Below, one piece after another: positions 1 through 7,487 of a stretch of DNA of 19,767 nucleotides (the stretch's first letter is position 1; every line of letters begins with the position of its first letter). Origin of the DNA: Bdellovibrionales bacterium (GTDB taxonomy: Bacteria > Bdellovibrionota > Bdellovibrionia > Bdellovibrionales > UBA840); assembly GCA_037969075.1 (NCBI GenBank), contig JBBKWS010000204.1:1-19767 (forward strand), given 5' to 3'. A model generated the notes under the pieces. That model saw nothing but the letters and a program-made list of their open reading frames with translations, searched no databases and was not told where the DNA came from. The position numbers and the translations under genes are program-made.

Positions 1-459
1 CGCACGGTGGATTTTAAAAACACGGTGATCATTATGACATCTAACGTTGGCTCGCAAGCAATTCTTGATGAAAAGTTAAATGATGAACAAAAAGAAACAG
101 CAGTGCTATCAGCTCTTAATGAATATTTCAGACCTGAGTTTTTAAACAGGATTGACGAGAAAGTGGTTTTCTTAAGCCTTGGTAAAGAGCAGCTTAAAGA
201 TGTTGTGAAGTATCAAATACAAGAGCTTGTTAAACGTCTTTTAGAAAAAGGCATTACTATTGACCTTGAAGATAGCGCTGTAGAGTTTATTGCCAATCAC
301 GGCTACGACCCAGTATACGGGGCAAGGCCATTGAAGCGAGCGATCCAGCAATACATCCTTAACCCTCTAGCTAAAAAGATCATCTCGGGTGAGTTTAGTA
401 AGGGGAGCAGTATTGTGATTACTGCTAATGACCTTAAGATTGAATTTAAAAGTAAATAA
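1..459 (+). CDS. clpB: ATP-dependent chaperone ClpB (Clp/Hsp100), C-terminal part; 5'-truncated by the window edge
   Basis: The frame is open from base 1 (RTVDFKNTVIIMTSNVGS). It contains FRPEFLNRIDE and GYDPVYGARPLKR, typical of Hsp100 NBD2 and the D2-small domain. Confidence 0.9.
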   Translation, partial: RTVDFKNTVIIMTSNVGSQAILDEKLNDEQKETAVLSALNEYFRPEFLNRIDEKVVFLSLGKEQLKDVVKYQIQELVKRLLEKGITIDLEDSAVEFIANHGYDPVYGARPLKRAIQQYILNPLAKKIISGEFSKGSSIVITANDLKIEFKSK

Positions 460-1305
460 TCACTGAATATTCTTAATCAGCTTTCTAATCGGATCATACT
501 GCGAACTATTGGCTGTTACCATTTTTGTAACGCCGATAGTTTCTTTTAAGATGTTGTGATCTTTCATGCTGCCTGGCAGCTCTAAAAAAGTCATCATCAC
601 ATCATAAGTAAAGTCAGTATTGGCTTCAAAAAAGTCTTTTCTAACTGTAAATGGATCGGTTGGTAGAGCTTCACTTACCCAAAGAGTTTTCATTTTCATC
701 TTTTTCTCAGGAAAGTATGTCTCCCAAGCGCCCTTCTTGCCTTTTGCATCATTACAAAATACAGCGATAGCGTCCACTTCGCCCTTTTCTAGCATTTCTA
801 TCGAGCTCTTGTGGTTTTGCGTATACACGATTTGTATGTCAGCTTTATTAATTCCTAACTTATTTAACTCTAAAATTGGCAGAAGGTATCCCGAAGTAGA
901 TTTTTCATCCACGAAGCCTACTCGTTTTCCTCTTAGATCTTTTAAGGATGTAATTTTACTTTTAGGTTTTGTTACAACAGTAGAGTAGTAGAAGGGTTTA
1001 TCCCACACTGATTTTAGTAATACTTTTGCATTTGCCTCTTTCTCTGCATAAACAAATGACATTGCTGTGTAAAAAGCGAAGTCTACTTTTTTATCTTTCA
1101 TTGCTTGAATTAGATTTTCATATTTTTTAGGAATGTAAATGTTAACACCTACATTTAGTTTAGTTTGAAGTACTCTTGCTAATTCTTCAGCTTTTGAGCG
1201 CATCTCTAAACCATTTCCAGGTATTAGGCCGATGGTAATTTCCTTTGGTTTTGCGTAAGTAGTAGCGCAAATAAAACTAAAAATTAGTCCTATAATATAT
1301 TTCAT
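460..1305 (-). CDS. Phosphate/phosphite/phosphonate ABC-type substrate-binding protein (PhnD/PtxB family), orphan
   Basis: Signal peptide (MKYIIGLIFSFICATTYA). Family motifs include VDFAFYTAMSFVYA, YYSTVV, SLKDLRGKRVGFVDEKSTSGYLLP (STSG anion-binding motif) and WVSEALPTDP. No permease or ATPase is adjacent. Confidence 0.85.
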   Translation of the reverse strand: MKYIIGLIFSFICATTYAKPKEITIGLIPGNGLEMRSKAEELARVLQTKLNVGVNIYIPKKYENLIQAMKDKKVDFAFYTAMSFVYAEKEANAKVLLKSVWDKPFYYSTVVTKPKSKITSLKDLRGKRVGFVDEKSTSGYLLPILELNKLGINKADIQIVYTQNHKSSIEMLEKGEVDAIAVFCNDAKGKKGAWETYFPEKKMKMKTLWVSEALPTDPFTVRKDFFEANTDFTYDVMMTFLELPGSMKDHNILKETIGVTKMVTANSSQYDPIRKLIKNIQ

Positions 1306-1566
1306 TTTCCTAACCCCCGCCTTAAGATGGGCATCTAAAGGCTCTATCGTTATACACCAAAAACTCTCTTTCTAAAACATTTTGTGATACTAATGTAATC
1401 TTTTATCTCTCAAATCACTCATATTCGTTAGATTAGAGTTAGAAGTCATCTATGTATAAGCGTTGCTAATGTGTAGGCAAAATTAGCTTTATGATCTTTG
1501 TCTAGAAATACGCAGTCTTTAAGGCCTGTACTATGGAAAACCTAGTATAGAATCGTACAATGAAGC

Positions 1567-3510
1567 ATGCTTATTTTTTTTCTTAGTACTTTTTTGCTAT
1601 TCGCAGAGACAAGAATTCAAATTCTTCATACCAGTGACATTCATTCACATTTTTTAAATGACTCCACACCCTTGCGGCTTGGTGGGGTATCAAGATTAAA
1701 AACTAAAATGGATCAACTTAGATCTGAAAATGAAAATACATTAGCTCTAGATGCCGGGGATTGGACCGAAGGGTCTATTTTTTTCACTTTAAATTCGGGT
1801 GAGGCAAACCACAAGTTAATGGAGGCTATGGGATTTGACGCCATAGTGCTGGGAAATCATGATTGGTTAGCTGGTCCAAAAGAATTATATGATGGCCTTC
1901 AGGCAGCGCAAATGCGGGCTCCTATATTAAGTGCTAATATAAATACAAAAAATCTCCCTGCTGATATTCCATTGGGGCAATTCGTGAAGCCATACGTCAT
2001 CAAATGGGTGAATGGTAAAAAGGTTGGTATCTTTGGACTTTCTACATTTGGTTTGGTTTTTGATCCATTTTTAGAGCCAATTGAATTAGAGTCTCCGGTG
2101 CAGTTGGCTGCCAAATATGCGAAGCACTTAAAGGAAACTGAAAAATGCGATCTTATTATCGCACTTACTCATATCGGTATAGCAATGGATAAGATGATAG
2201 CCTACGCTGCACCTGAAATTGATTTAATTGTCGGTGGACATACACATGTCTTATTAAAAGAGCCCTATATTGTTGAGGGCACTCCGATAGTTCATATAGG
2301 TAAGTGGGCATGGTACCTAGGGCAATATGAAATGGTTATTCCTGATTCAGGAAAACCGTATTTGGCATCACACAAAGTGCATCAGATAGATCAAAAAATT
2401 AAAGAAGATCTAGAAATCAAAACACTAGTTGAGGGGTTTCAAGCAACTATCAAAAATCGCTGGGGAAATATTTGGGAAGATAAAAAAATATATTCAGATA
2501 TTAACCTACCTGTAGGATCGGATCAATACGAATACGTTTTAGGAAATATGGCAGTAGATGCTGTCCGTGATGCTACACGTGCTGATTTTGCTATAGATAA
2601 TTTATCTTATAGATCACAAGAGATGTATAAGGGCTATTTAAACACCGTCGATTTTTTTAATTTATTTCCACACAACTGGTCTACACAAAAAAACCATGCA
2701 TGGAATATTTTCGAATTTGAAATCAAAGGCTATTTATTAAAATTTTTAATGAATTCGCTTTTTGTAGCAGGTCCTGGTATTACGGTTTCAAATGCCAAGG
2801 TCGTTTTAGATCATGAAAGCATGCTAAACAAAGTAAACTCTTTTAAAATCGCTGGTAAAGAAGTTAAGAATACGAAGTATTATAAAGTGGCTGGAACTGA
2901 AGGTATAATGGAAGCCTTAAAGTTCATACAATCCATGGGCTGGAACTTGCACTTAAAAAATGTAAAAGACACAGGCGTTGAGGCCTGGAGGCAAATACAA
3001 AAACGGATTGTAGATAGAGGTGATATACGGCGGGAGACTCTTAAATTCGAGGGGCGCATTCGTAGCCTGCAGCCAGATTTATTCGTAATGCCAGAGTCAG
3101 TAGCGGTACATGATCTGGATGGTAGTCAAAAGGTGTTAAGTTTTATCGTGACTAATATGGGATTGAAGCCCGCAACGATTGAGCGTGTGAAAATCGTAAT
3201 CGATCAAACACCAGAGAATACTTTAGATGATGCCATCAGTGAAATGTGGATAAAGCCGGGTAAAGCCATTTTAGAGCAGGGTGAAAGCCAGTGGCTCTCT
3301 GTTAGGTGGGATGTTACTAATAAGCCAAACGGTGTGTATCCAGTGAAAGTAGAAGTTTTAGGAAATGATATTTTTCATAAAAATAATATCGTAGAGACAT
3401 TTGTTTATGTTTTTGAAGAAGAATCGATTTTTAGCTTTATTCCTAATATGAATAAAAAGAAAGAACAGAAGTCATCAGTTCTGCGCGACAATTTTAAGTT
3501 TACAAAATAA
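1567..3510 (+). CDS. Secreted bifunctional metallophosphatase/5'-nucleotidase (UshA family) with a C-terminal CARDB-like Ig domain
   Basis: All five metallophosphoesterase motifs are present: ILHTSDIHS, LDAGD, LGNHD, LTHIG, IVGGHTH. A 5'-nucleotidase C-domain follows, then PDLFV..VTNMG..GES..V.WD..GVY.V.V..NN (CARDB-like). Short hydrophobic N-terminus. Confidence 0.88.
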   Translation: MLIFFLSTFLLFAETRIQILHTSDIHSHFLNDSTPLRLGGVSRLKTKMDQLRSENENTLALDAGDWTEGSIFFTLNSGEANHKLMEAMGFDAIVLGNHDWLAGPKELYDGLQAAQMRAPILSANINTKNLPADIPLGQFVKPYVIKWVNGKKVGIFGLSTFGLVFDPFLEPIELESPVQLAAKYAKHLKETEKCDLIIALTHIGIAMDKMIAYAAPEIDLIVGGHTHVLLKEPYIVEGTPIVHIGKWAWYLGQYEMVIPDSGKPYLASHKVHQIDQKIKEDLEIKTLVEGFQATIKNRWGNIWEDKKIYSDINLPVGSDQYEYVLGNMAVDAVRDATRADFAIDNLSYRSQEMYKGYLNTVDFFNLFPHNWSTQKNHAWNIFEFEIKGYLLKFLMNSLFVAGPGITVSNAKVVLDHESMLNKVNSFKIAGKEVKNTKYYKVAGTEGIMEALKFIQSMGWNLHLKNVKDTGVEAWRQIQKRIVDRGDIRRETLKFEGRIRSLQPDLFVMPESVAVHDLDGSQKVLSFIVTNMGLKPATIERVKIVIDQTPENTLDDAISEMWIKPGKAILEQGESQWLSVRWDVTNKPNGVYPVKVEVLGNDIFHKNNIVETFVYVFEEESIFSFIPNMNKKKEQKSSVLRDNFKFTK

Positions 3511-3536
3511 AAAGGAGAACCTTGGTTCTCCTTTTT
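3509..3536. terminator. Bidirectional intrinsic terminator
   Basis: Perfect 12-bp inverted repeat AAAAAGGAGAAC-CTTG-GTTCTCCTTTTT between convergent genes, giving a U-tract on both strands. Confidence 0.9.
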
Positions 3537-3561
3537 CCACACACGCAATTTTTGAAACTAA

Positions 3562-3816
3562 CTAGTTTACAACTTTCGCTGATTTTTTCTTAGATGATCT
3601 TGCCGCTAATTTCTCTGCTTTACGTGACATCAATACTCTATCGATGATGGCTTTGCCTTCTTTACGTAAATCATTTTCATATATAAAACGGTAAAATGCT
3701 TCCATTTCAGGAAGTTGACGAAATTTTTTAAAACTAGATGGTAACTGCTCTGCTGCTCCAGCTTGATCAGTAGTGCTGGCTGCTTTTGCTTTACGACTTG
3801 CTTTTACTTTTTCCAT
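3562..3816 (-). CDS. Small basic hypothetical protein (84 aa): helical core with Lys-rich tails
   Basis: GGGAG SD upstream of the ATG, a TTGACC-17-TATATT promoter and a downstream terminator. The core FRQLPEMEAFYRFIYENDLRKE looks like amphipathic helices. Confidence 0.85.
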   Translation of the reverse strand: MEKVKASRKAKAASTTDQAGAAEQLPSSFKKFRQLPEMEAFYRFIYENDLRKEGKAIIDRVLMSRKAEKLAARSSKKKSAKVVN

Positions 3817-3841
3817 TCGAACTCCCAGTTAATTCGTACTT

Positions 3842-3870
3842 AATATAAGCTATATGAAGCATTGGGTCAA
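3842..3870 (-). promoter_or_regulatory. Sigma70-type promoter for the 84-aa gene
   Basis: The minus strand reads TTGACC (3870-3865), a 17-nt spacer, then TATATT (3847-3842). Confidence 0.7.
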
Positions 3871-3915
3871 TATGAAGCCTTTTCATGGTGCTAAGCATTC
3901 GATTTTTTTATGGAT

Positions 3916-3955
3916 TTGCCAATCAACCATAGCGACGTGTAAAGTGATTTTACAC
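3916..3955 (+). promoter_or_regulatory. Sigma70-type promoter for folD-gcvT-gcvH with an overlapping palindrome
   Basis: TTGCCA (3916-3921), an 18-nt spacer, then TAAAGT (3940-3945). The inverted repeat GTGTAAA-N5-TTTACAC (3937-3955) overlaps the -10 element and the likely start site. Confidence 0.6.
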
Positions 3956-3974
3956 TTTTAACAGACTGGTTTTG

Positions 3975-4805
3975 ATGATTCTCGACGGTAAAGCACTCTC
4001 TCAAAAACTGAAGACACAGCTAAAACAGAAGGTAGATCATCTGGCAGAAAAGCCTGGTTTGGCTGTAGTTCTTGTAGGCGATAATCCCGCTAGCCACGTT
4101 TATGTGAACCACAAGGTAAAAGCATGCAGTGAGGTGGGTATACATTCTGAAAGATACCATGTACCAGCTGCGATCAAAGAGACCGACTTAAAGAAGTTAA
4201 TAGAGGACCTCAATCTGAATCCCAAGATCCATGGTATTTTAGTACAGCTCCCATTGCCAGTTCATTTGCACACACAGACAGTATTGGATTGGGTGGACCC
4301 AAGTAAAGATGCAGATGCCATTGGAACTTTTAGAATGGGCCAGCTTTTAATCGGTAATCAAAAAATTGCGCCATGTACTCCCTCAGGAATCATCTCTTTG
4401 TTAGAGCAAAATGATTTTCCAGTACGTGGAAAGCATGTTGTCGTTATTGGTAGATCTACGATTGTAGGAAAGCCAATGGCTCAACTATTAGAACAAAAAA
4501 ATGCAACCGTAACTCTTTGTCACTCTAAAACTGAAAACTTAAGAGAATTTACACAGACAGCTGACATTGTCATAGTGGCTGTTGGTAAAAAACAAATGTT
4601 TGGTAAAGAAGATTTTTCGCATAGGTCTGTTGTGGTTGATGTTGGAATGCATAGACTTGATGATGGTAAACTTTGCGGTGACGTTAGAACAGATGAAATC
4701 AAAAATTTTGTAAAAGCATATACTCCTGTGCCGGGTGGGGTAGGTCCGTTAACCATAGCTTACTTGTTACAAAACACATATATACTAAGCCAAGAGAAGA
4801 GGTAA
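3975..4805 (+). CDS. folD: Bifunctional methylenetetrahydrofolate dehydrogenase/cyclohydrolase
   Basis: Motifs ILDGK, PGLAVVLVGDNPASHVYV, GILVQLPLP, PCTP, GRSTIVGKP and TPVPGGVGPLT. The ATG at 3975 is preferred; an in-frame TTG at 3972 is an alternative. Confidence 0.97.
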   Translation: MILDGKALSQKLKTQLKQKVDHLAEKPGLAVVLVGDNPASHVYVNHKVKACSEVGIHSERYHVPAAIKETDLKKLIEDLNLNPKIHGILVQLPLPVHLHTQTVLDWVDPSKDADAIGTFRMGQLLIGNQKIAPCTPSGIISLLEQNDFPVRGKHVVVIGRSTIVGKPMAQLLEQKNATVTLCHSKTENLREFTQTADIVIVAVGKKQMFGKEDFSHRSVVVDVGMHRLDDGKLCGDVRTDEIKNFVKAYTPVPGGVGPLTIAYLLQNTYILSQEKR

Positions 4806-4807
4806 GA

Positions 4808-5902
4808 ATGTCTACCGAATTAAAACGCACTCATTTATTTCAAAATCACCTAAAGGCAAAAGGCCGCATGGTACCATTTGCTGGTTGGGAAATGCCTGTG
4901 CAGTACATCGGTTTGAAAGAAGAACACTTGAACGTAAGAAATAATGTGGGCCTTTTTGATGTCTCACATATGGGAGAGATTTTTTTTAGAGGACCGGATG
5001 CGGTTGAGGCATTGGATTTTATGACTACAAATGCGGTCTCAAGGCTTGAAGAAGGAAGGGCGCATTATTCTTTGATTCCAAATGAGCACGGTGGGATTGT
5101 GGATGATATCATTGTGTATTGTCTTAAAAAAAATCAAGAATACCTTGTTTGTGTGAATGCCTCTAATATCGAAAAAGATTATGCGCATTTTTTAAAGTAT
5201 AACCGTGGTGCAGATATAAAAGATGAAAGTGATAGCTGGAGTCAAATTGCAGTGCAGGGGCCTAAGGCATTTTTACTCTTAGAAAGAATCTTTAAAATTA
5301 CTACTACCGATATTGCTAGTTTTGAAATTCAAAAAGCTAAATATAAAAATGTCGAAGTACTTATCGCAAGAACTGGTTATACGGGCGAAGATGGAGTAGA
5401 AATTTTTATTCCTAACTCTGAAGTGTCTAGTTTGTGGGATGAGTTTTTAGAAAAAGGTAGTGATATATCGGTAATGCCAATCGGACTTGGGGCAAGGGAT
5501 ACCTTGCGTACTGAAGTAAAGTACCCGCTCTATGGACATGAACTCACTGATGAGACTTCTCCGTATGAAGCAATGCTTGGTTGGGTTGTGAAATTGGACA
5601 AGGGTGATTTTTTAGGAAAGGGCCACATCGAAAGAGTAAAGCAAGCGGGTCTTTCCCAGAAGTTAGTTAGCCTAGTGATGGAAGACAAGGGGATTCCAAG
5701 AGATGGTTATGAGCTGTTTTTAGAGAACGGTGAAAAAATAGGCAAGGTTACTAGTGGAACCATGTCCCCATCTATGGGGGTGGGCATCGCTATTGCCTAC
5801 GTTCAAAGCAAATACACCGAAATTGGAACTCCGCTTTGGATTGATATTAGAGGTAGAAAAGCAAAGGCGAAAGTGGTAAAAACTCCACTTATAAAAAAGT
5901 AG
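4808..5902 (+). CDS. gcvT: Glycine cleavage system aminomethyltransferase T
   Basis: Motifs MVPFAGWEMPVQY, GLFDVSHMGE, RTGYTGEDG, GLGARDTLR and LYGHE. SD GAGGT, 2 nt after the folD stop. Confidence 0.97.
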   Translation: MSTELKRTHLFQNHLKAKGRMVPFAGWEMPVQYIGLKEEHLNVRNNVGLFDVSHMGEIFFRGPDAVEALDFMTTNAVSRLEEGRAHYSLIPNEHGGIVDDIIVYCLKKNQEYLVCVNASNIEKDYAHFLKYNRGADIKDESDSWSQIAVQGPKAFLLLERIFKITTTDIASFEIQKAKYKNVEVLIARTGYTGEDGVEIFIPNSEVSSLWDEFLEKGSDISVMPIGLGARDTLRTEVKYPLYGHELTDETSPYEAMLGWVVKLDKGDFLGKGHIERVKQAGLSQKLVSLVMEDKGIPRDGYELFLENGEKIGKVTSGTMSPSMGVGIAIAYVQSKYTEIGTPLWIDIRGRKAKAKVVKTPLIKK

Positions 5903-5910
5903 GAGAGCAA

Positions 5911-6294
5911 ATGGCATATTATCCAGATGATTTATATTATACAAAAGAACACGAATGGGCTTCTGTTGATGAGAACATAGTGACTGTAGGTATTACTGCT
6001 TTTGCCCAAGAAGGTCTTGGCGAAGTGGTTTATGTAGAACTGCCTGACTCTGGTCAGAAAGTAACTGCCGGTGAACCCTTTGGTGTTGTTGAGAGCGTTA
6101 AGGCAGTAAGTGACCTATATGCTCCAGTATCTGGCACTGTCATTCAAGTGAATGAAGGCTTAGGTGATAGCCCGGGCCCGATCAATGACTCTCCAATGGA
6201 TGATGGCTGGTTGATAAAGATTGAAATGGATCACGAAAAAGAACTAATGAATCTTATGCGAGCTCCGGATTATAAAAAATTAATTGAGAAATAA
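5911..6294 (+). CDS. gcvH: Glycine cleavage system H protein
   Basis: Motifs YTKEHEW, VGITAFAQ, ESVKAVSD (lipoyl-Lys) and GWLIK. SD AGGAG. Confidence 0.97.
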   Translation: MAYYPDDLYYTKEHEWASVDENIVTVGITAFAQEGLGEVVYVELPDSGQKVTAGEPFGVVESVKAVSDLYAPVSGTVIQVNEGLGDSPGPINDSPMDDGWLIKIEMDHEKELMNLMRAPDYKKLIEK

Positions 6295-6341
6295 TTTACT
6301 TGTTTTGGACGTATGGCTTTGCTAATTTACGTCCACTACAT

Positions 6342-6424
6342 GCCCAACTGGTGGAATTGGTAGACACACTAGACTTAGGATCTAGCGCGCAAGCATGGGG
6401 GTTCAAGTCCCTCGTTGGGCACCA
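6342..6424 (+). tRNA. tRNA-Leu (anticodon TAG)
   Basis: Acceptor stem GCCCAAC/GTTGGGC, D arm GTGGAATTGGTAGACAC, anticodon arm CTAGA-CT-TAG-GA-TCTAG, long variable arm, T loop GTTCAAGTC, discriminator A and encoded CCA. Length 83 nt. Confidence 0.97.
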
Positions 6425-6432
6425 AAAATATT

Positions 6433-6459
6433 AAAAGCTACCTTCGGGTGGCTTTTTTT
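6433..6459 (+). terminator. Intrinsic terminator after tRNA-Leu
   Basis: AAAAGCTACC-TTCG-GGTGGCTTTTTTT: stem with a UUCG tetraloop and a U-tract. Confidence 0.9.
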
Positions 6460-6612
6460 ATTTACGCTTCAAGTGCTCCTTAAAAATTTGTTCAATAGAT
6501 TTAGATATAGAACTTGATGAGTTAAACCACTAAAGTTTTGACCAATAAAGTGTTTATAGGTTTTAATTAGTTATCTGGCTGATCAGTTTTAATTTAAATT
6601 AAGGAACCAAAA

Positions 6613-6993
6613 ATGAAACCTTTTTTAGTGGTCATAGTTGTTGTGTGCATTTCCAGTTTTGCCTTTGCTCAAAATGATAAAGCTTGTTTGTTAGAAGGAA
6701 AGTTTGAGATGATGCGCCAAAAATTTGATATTAAGGATTGTGCGTTAAATGAAGGGTTAGATGCCAAAAGTTTTAAAGAAATGTGTAAATCATTTTCCCA
6801 GGGGGCAGCGGCCATGGGAGCTCCGCCGGCTAAAATTACTTATATGAGTAAATGTCCTGAAAAGGCTCAAGCGCAATGTAAAGGGTTTGCAGGTCAAAAG
6901 ATAAACTTTTACTATTATAAGCGAGATGTGCAGTCATTAAAAGATACTAAAACCAGTTGTGGCTCTATGGGTGGTAAGTGGTCTAAACTTTAA
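6613..6993 (+). CDS. Secreted Cys-rich hypothetical protein (126 aa)
   Basis: SD AAGGA, signal peptide ending in AFA, and six Cys in the predicted mature part. Ends C..MGGKW. Confidence 0.85.
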   Translation: MKPFLVVIVVVCISSFAFAQNDKACLLEGKFEMMRQKFDIKDCALNEGLDAKSFKEMCKSFSQGAAAMGAPPAKITYMSKCPEKAQAQCKGFAGQKINFYYYKRDVQSLKDTKTSCGSMGGKWSKL

Positions 6994-7110
6994 TAGAATT
7001 AGATTCTTTAGACTGCATTTTTAGGTTTGCAAGTCGGGGCAAAAGATTAATCTAGACGTCTGAGTTTATTACCACGTACAATTACTCTACCAACATTTAA
7101 AGGAGATTTT

Positions 7111-7218
7111 ATGGCTAAAGGCGATAAACAAAAAAAAGATACTAAGGGTAAACCAAAGTTAACTACCAAAGAAAAACAAGATAAGAAAAAAGAAAAAGCC
7201 AAAAAAGCTGGTAAATAG
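7111..7218 (+). CDS. 35-aa lysine-rich small protein, absent from the ORF track
   Basis: SD AAGGAG (7100-7105) lies 5 nt before the ATG. Translation is MAKGDKQKKDTKGKPKLTTKEKQDKKKEKAKKAGK (16 of 35 residues Lys). A hairpin follows at 7232-7266. Confidence 0.8.
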   Translation: MAKGDKQKKDTKGKPKLTTKEKQDKKKEKAKKAGK

Positions 7219-7231
7219 TTTTTGTAACTAC

Positions 7232-7266
7232 GAGCCTCCGTCTTAGCGATTCAAGCTTGGAGGCTC
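7232..7266. terminator. Stem-loop downstream of the Lys-rich small ORF (possible terminator or RNA-stabilising hairpin)
   Basis: GAGCCTCC-N19-GGAGGCTC forms an 8-bp GC-rich stem. There is no U-tract on the + strand, so terminator function is uncertain. Confidence 0.4.
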
Positions 7267-7487
7267 AAAATCTAGAGTACTAAAGCCTGTCGGCGTAAGT
7301 GGGATAAATTGTAGTAGAGCTATACTTAGCTTACATTAGTCTACGAGCATGTCATTTTTACATACCTTATACTCACAAATTCAGCGAGTTTTTATAGGAC
7401 TCTGTTAGACGGGACCCCGGCCGTTAGTAATTTCAAATAAGGAATGTTATCACTTATTTGATTTTTAACATTCCAAAGGGAGTTTTA

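Noticed and set aside
3562..3816. Bacterial histone or HU-like protein
   Set aside because: It lacks the histone-fold RKTV..D-type motif and the HU GFG/RNP motifs.
3817..4807. Glycine or THF riboswitch upstream of folD/gcvT
   Set aside because: The predicted folD leader is about 25 nt and the folD-gcvT gap is 2 nt. There is no room and no aptamer motif.
7111..7218. Lys-rich peptide as a RiPP precursor or substrate of the radical SAM KamA
   Set aside because: The genes are about 9 kb apart, KamA acts on free lysine bound to PLP, and no RiPP machinery is present.
7281..7307. Second sigma28 promoter TAAAG-N14-TGGGATAA
   Set aside because: The spacing fits but the CCGA core of the -10 element is missing.
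7458..7487. TTG start at 7458 given by the ORF track
   Set aside because: This stretch contains the SD and aligns with the non-coding leader of paralog 2. GTG 7488 fits better.
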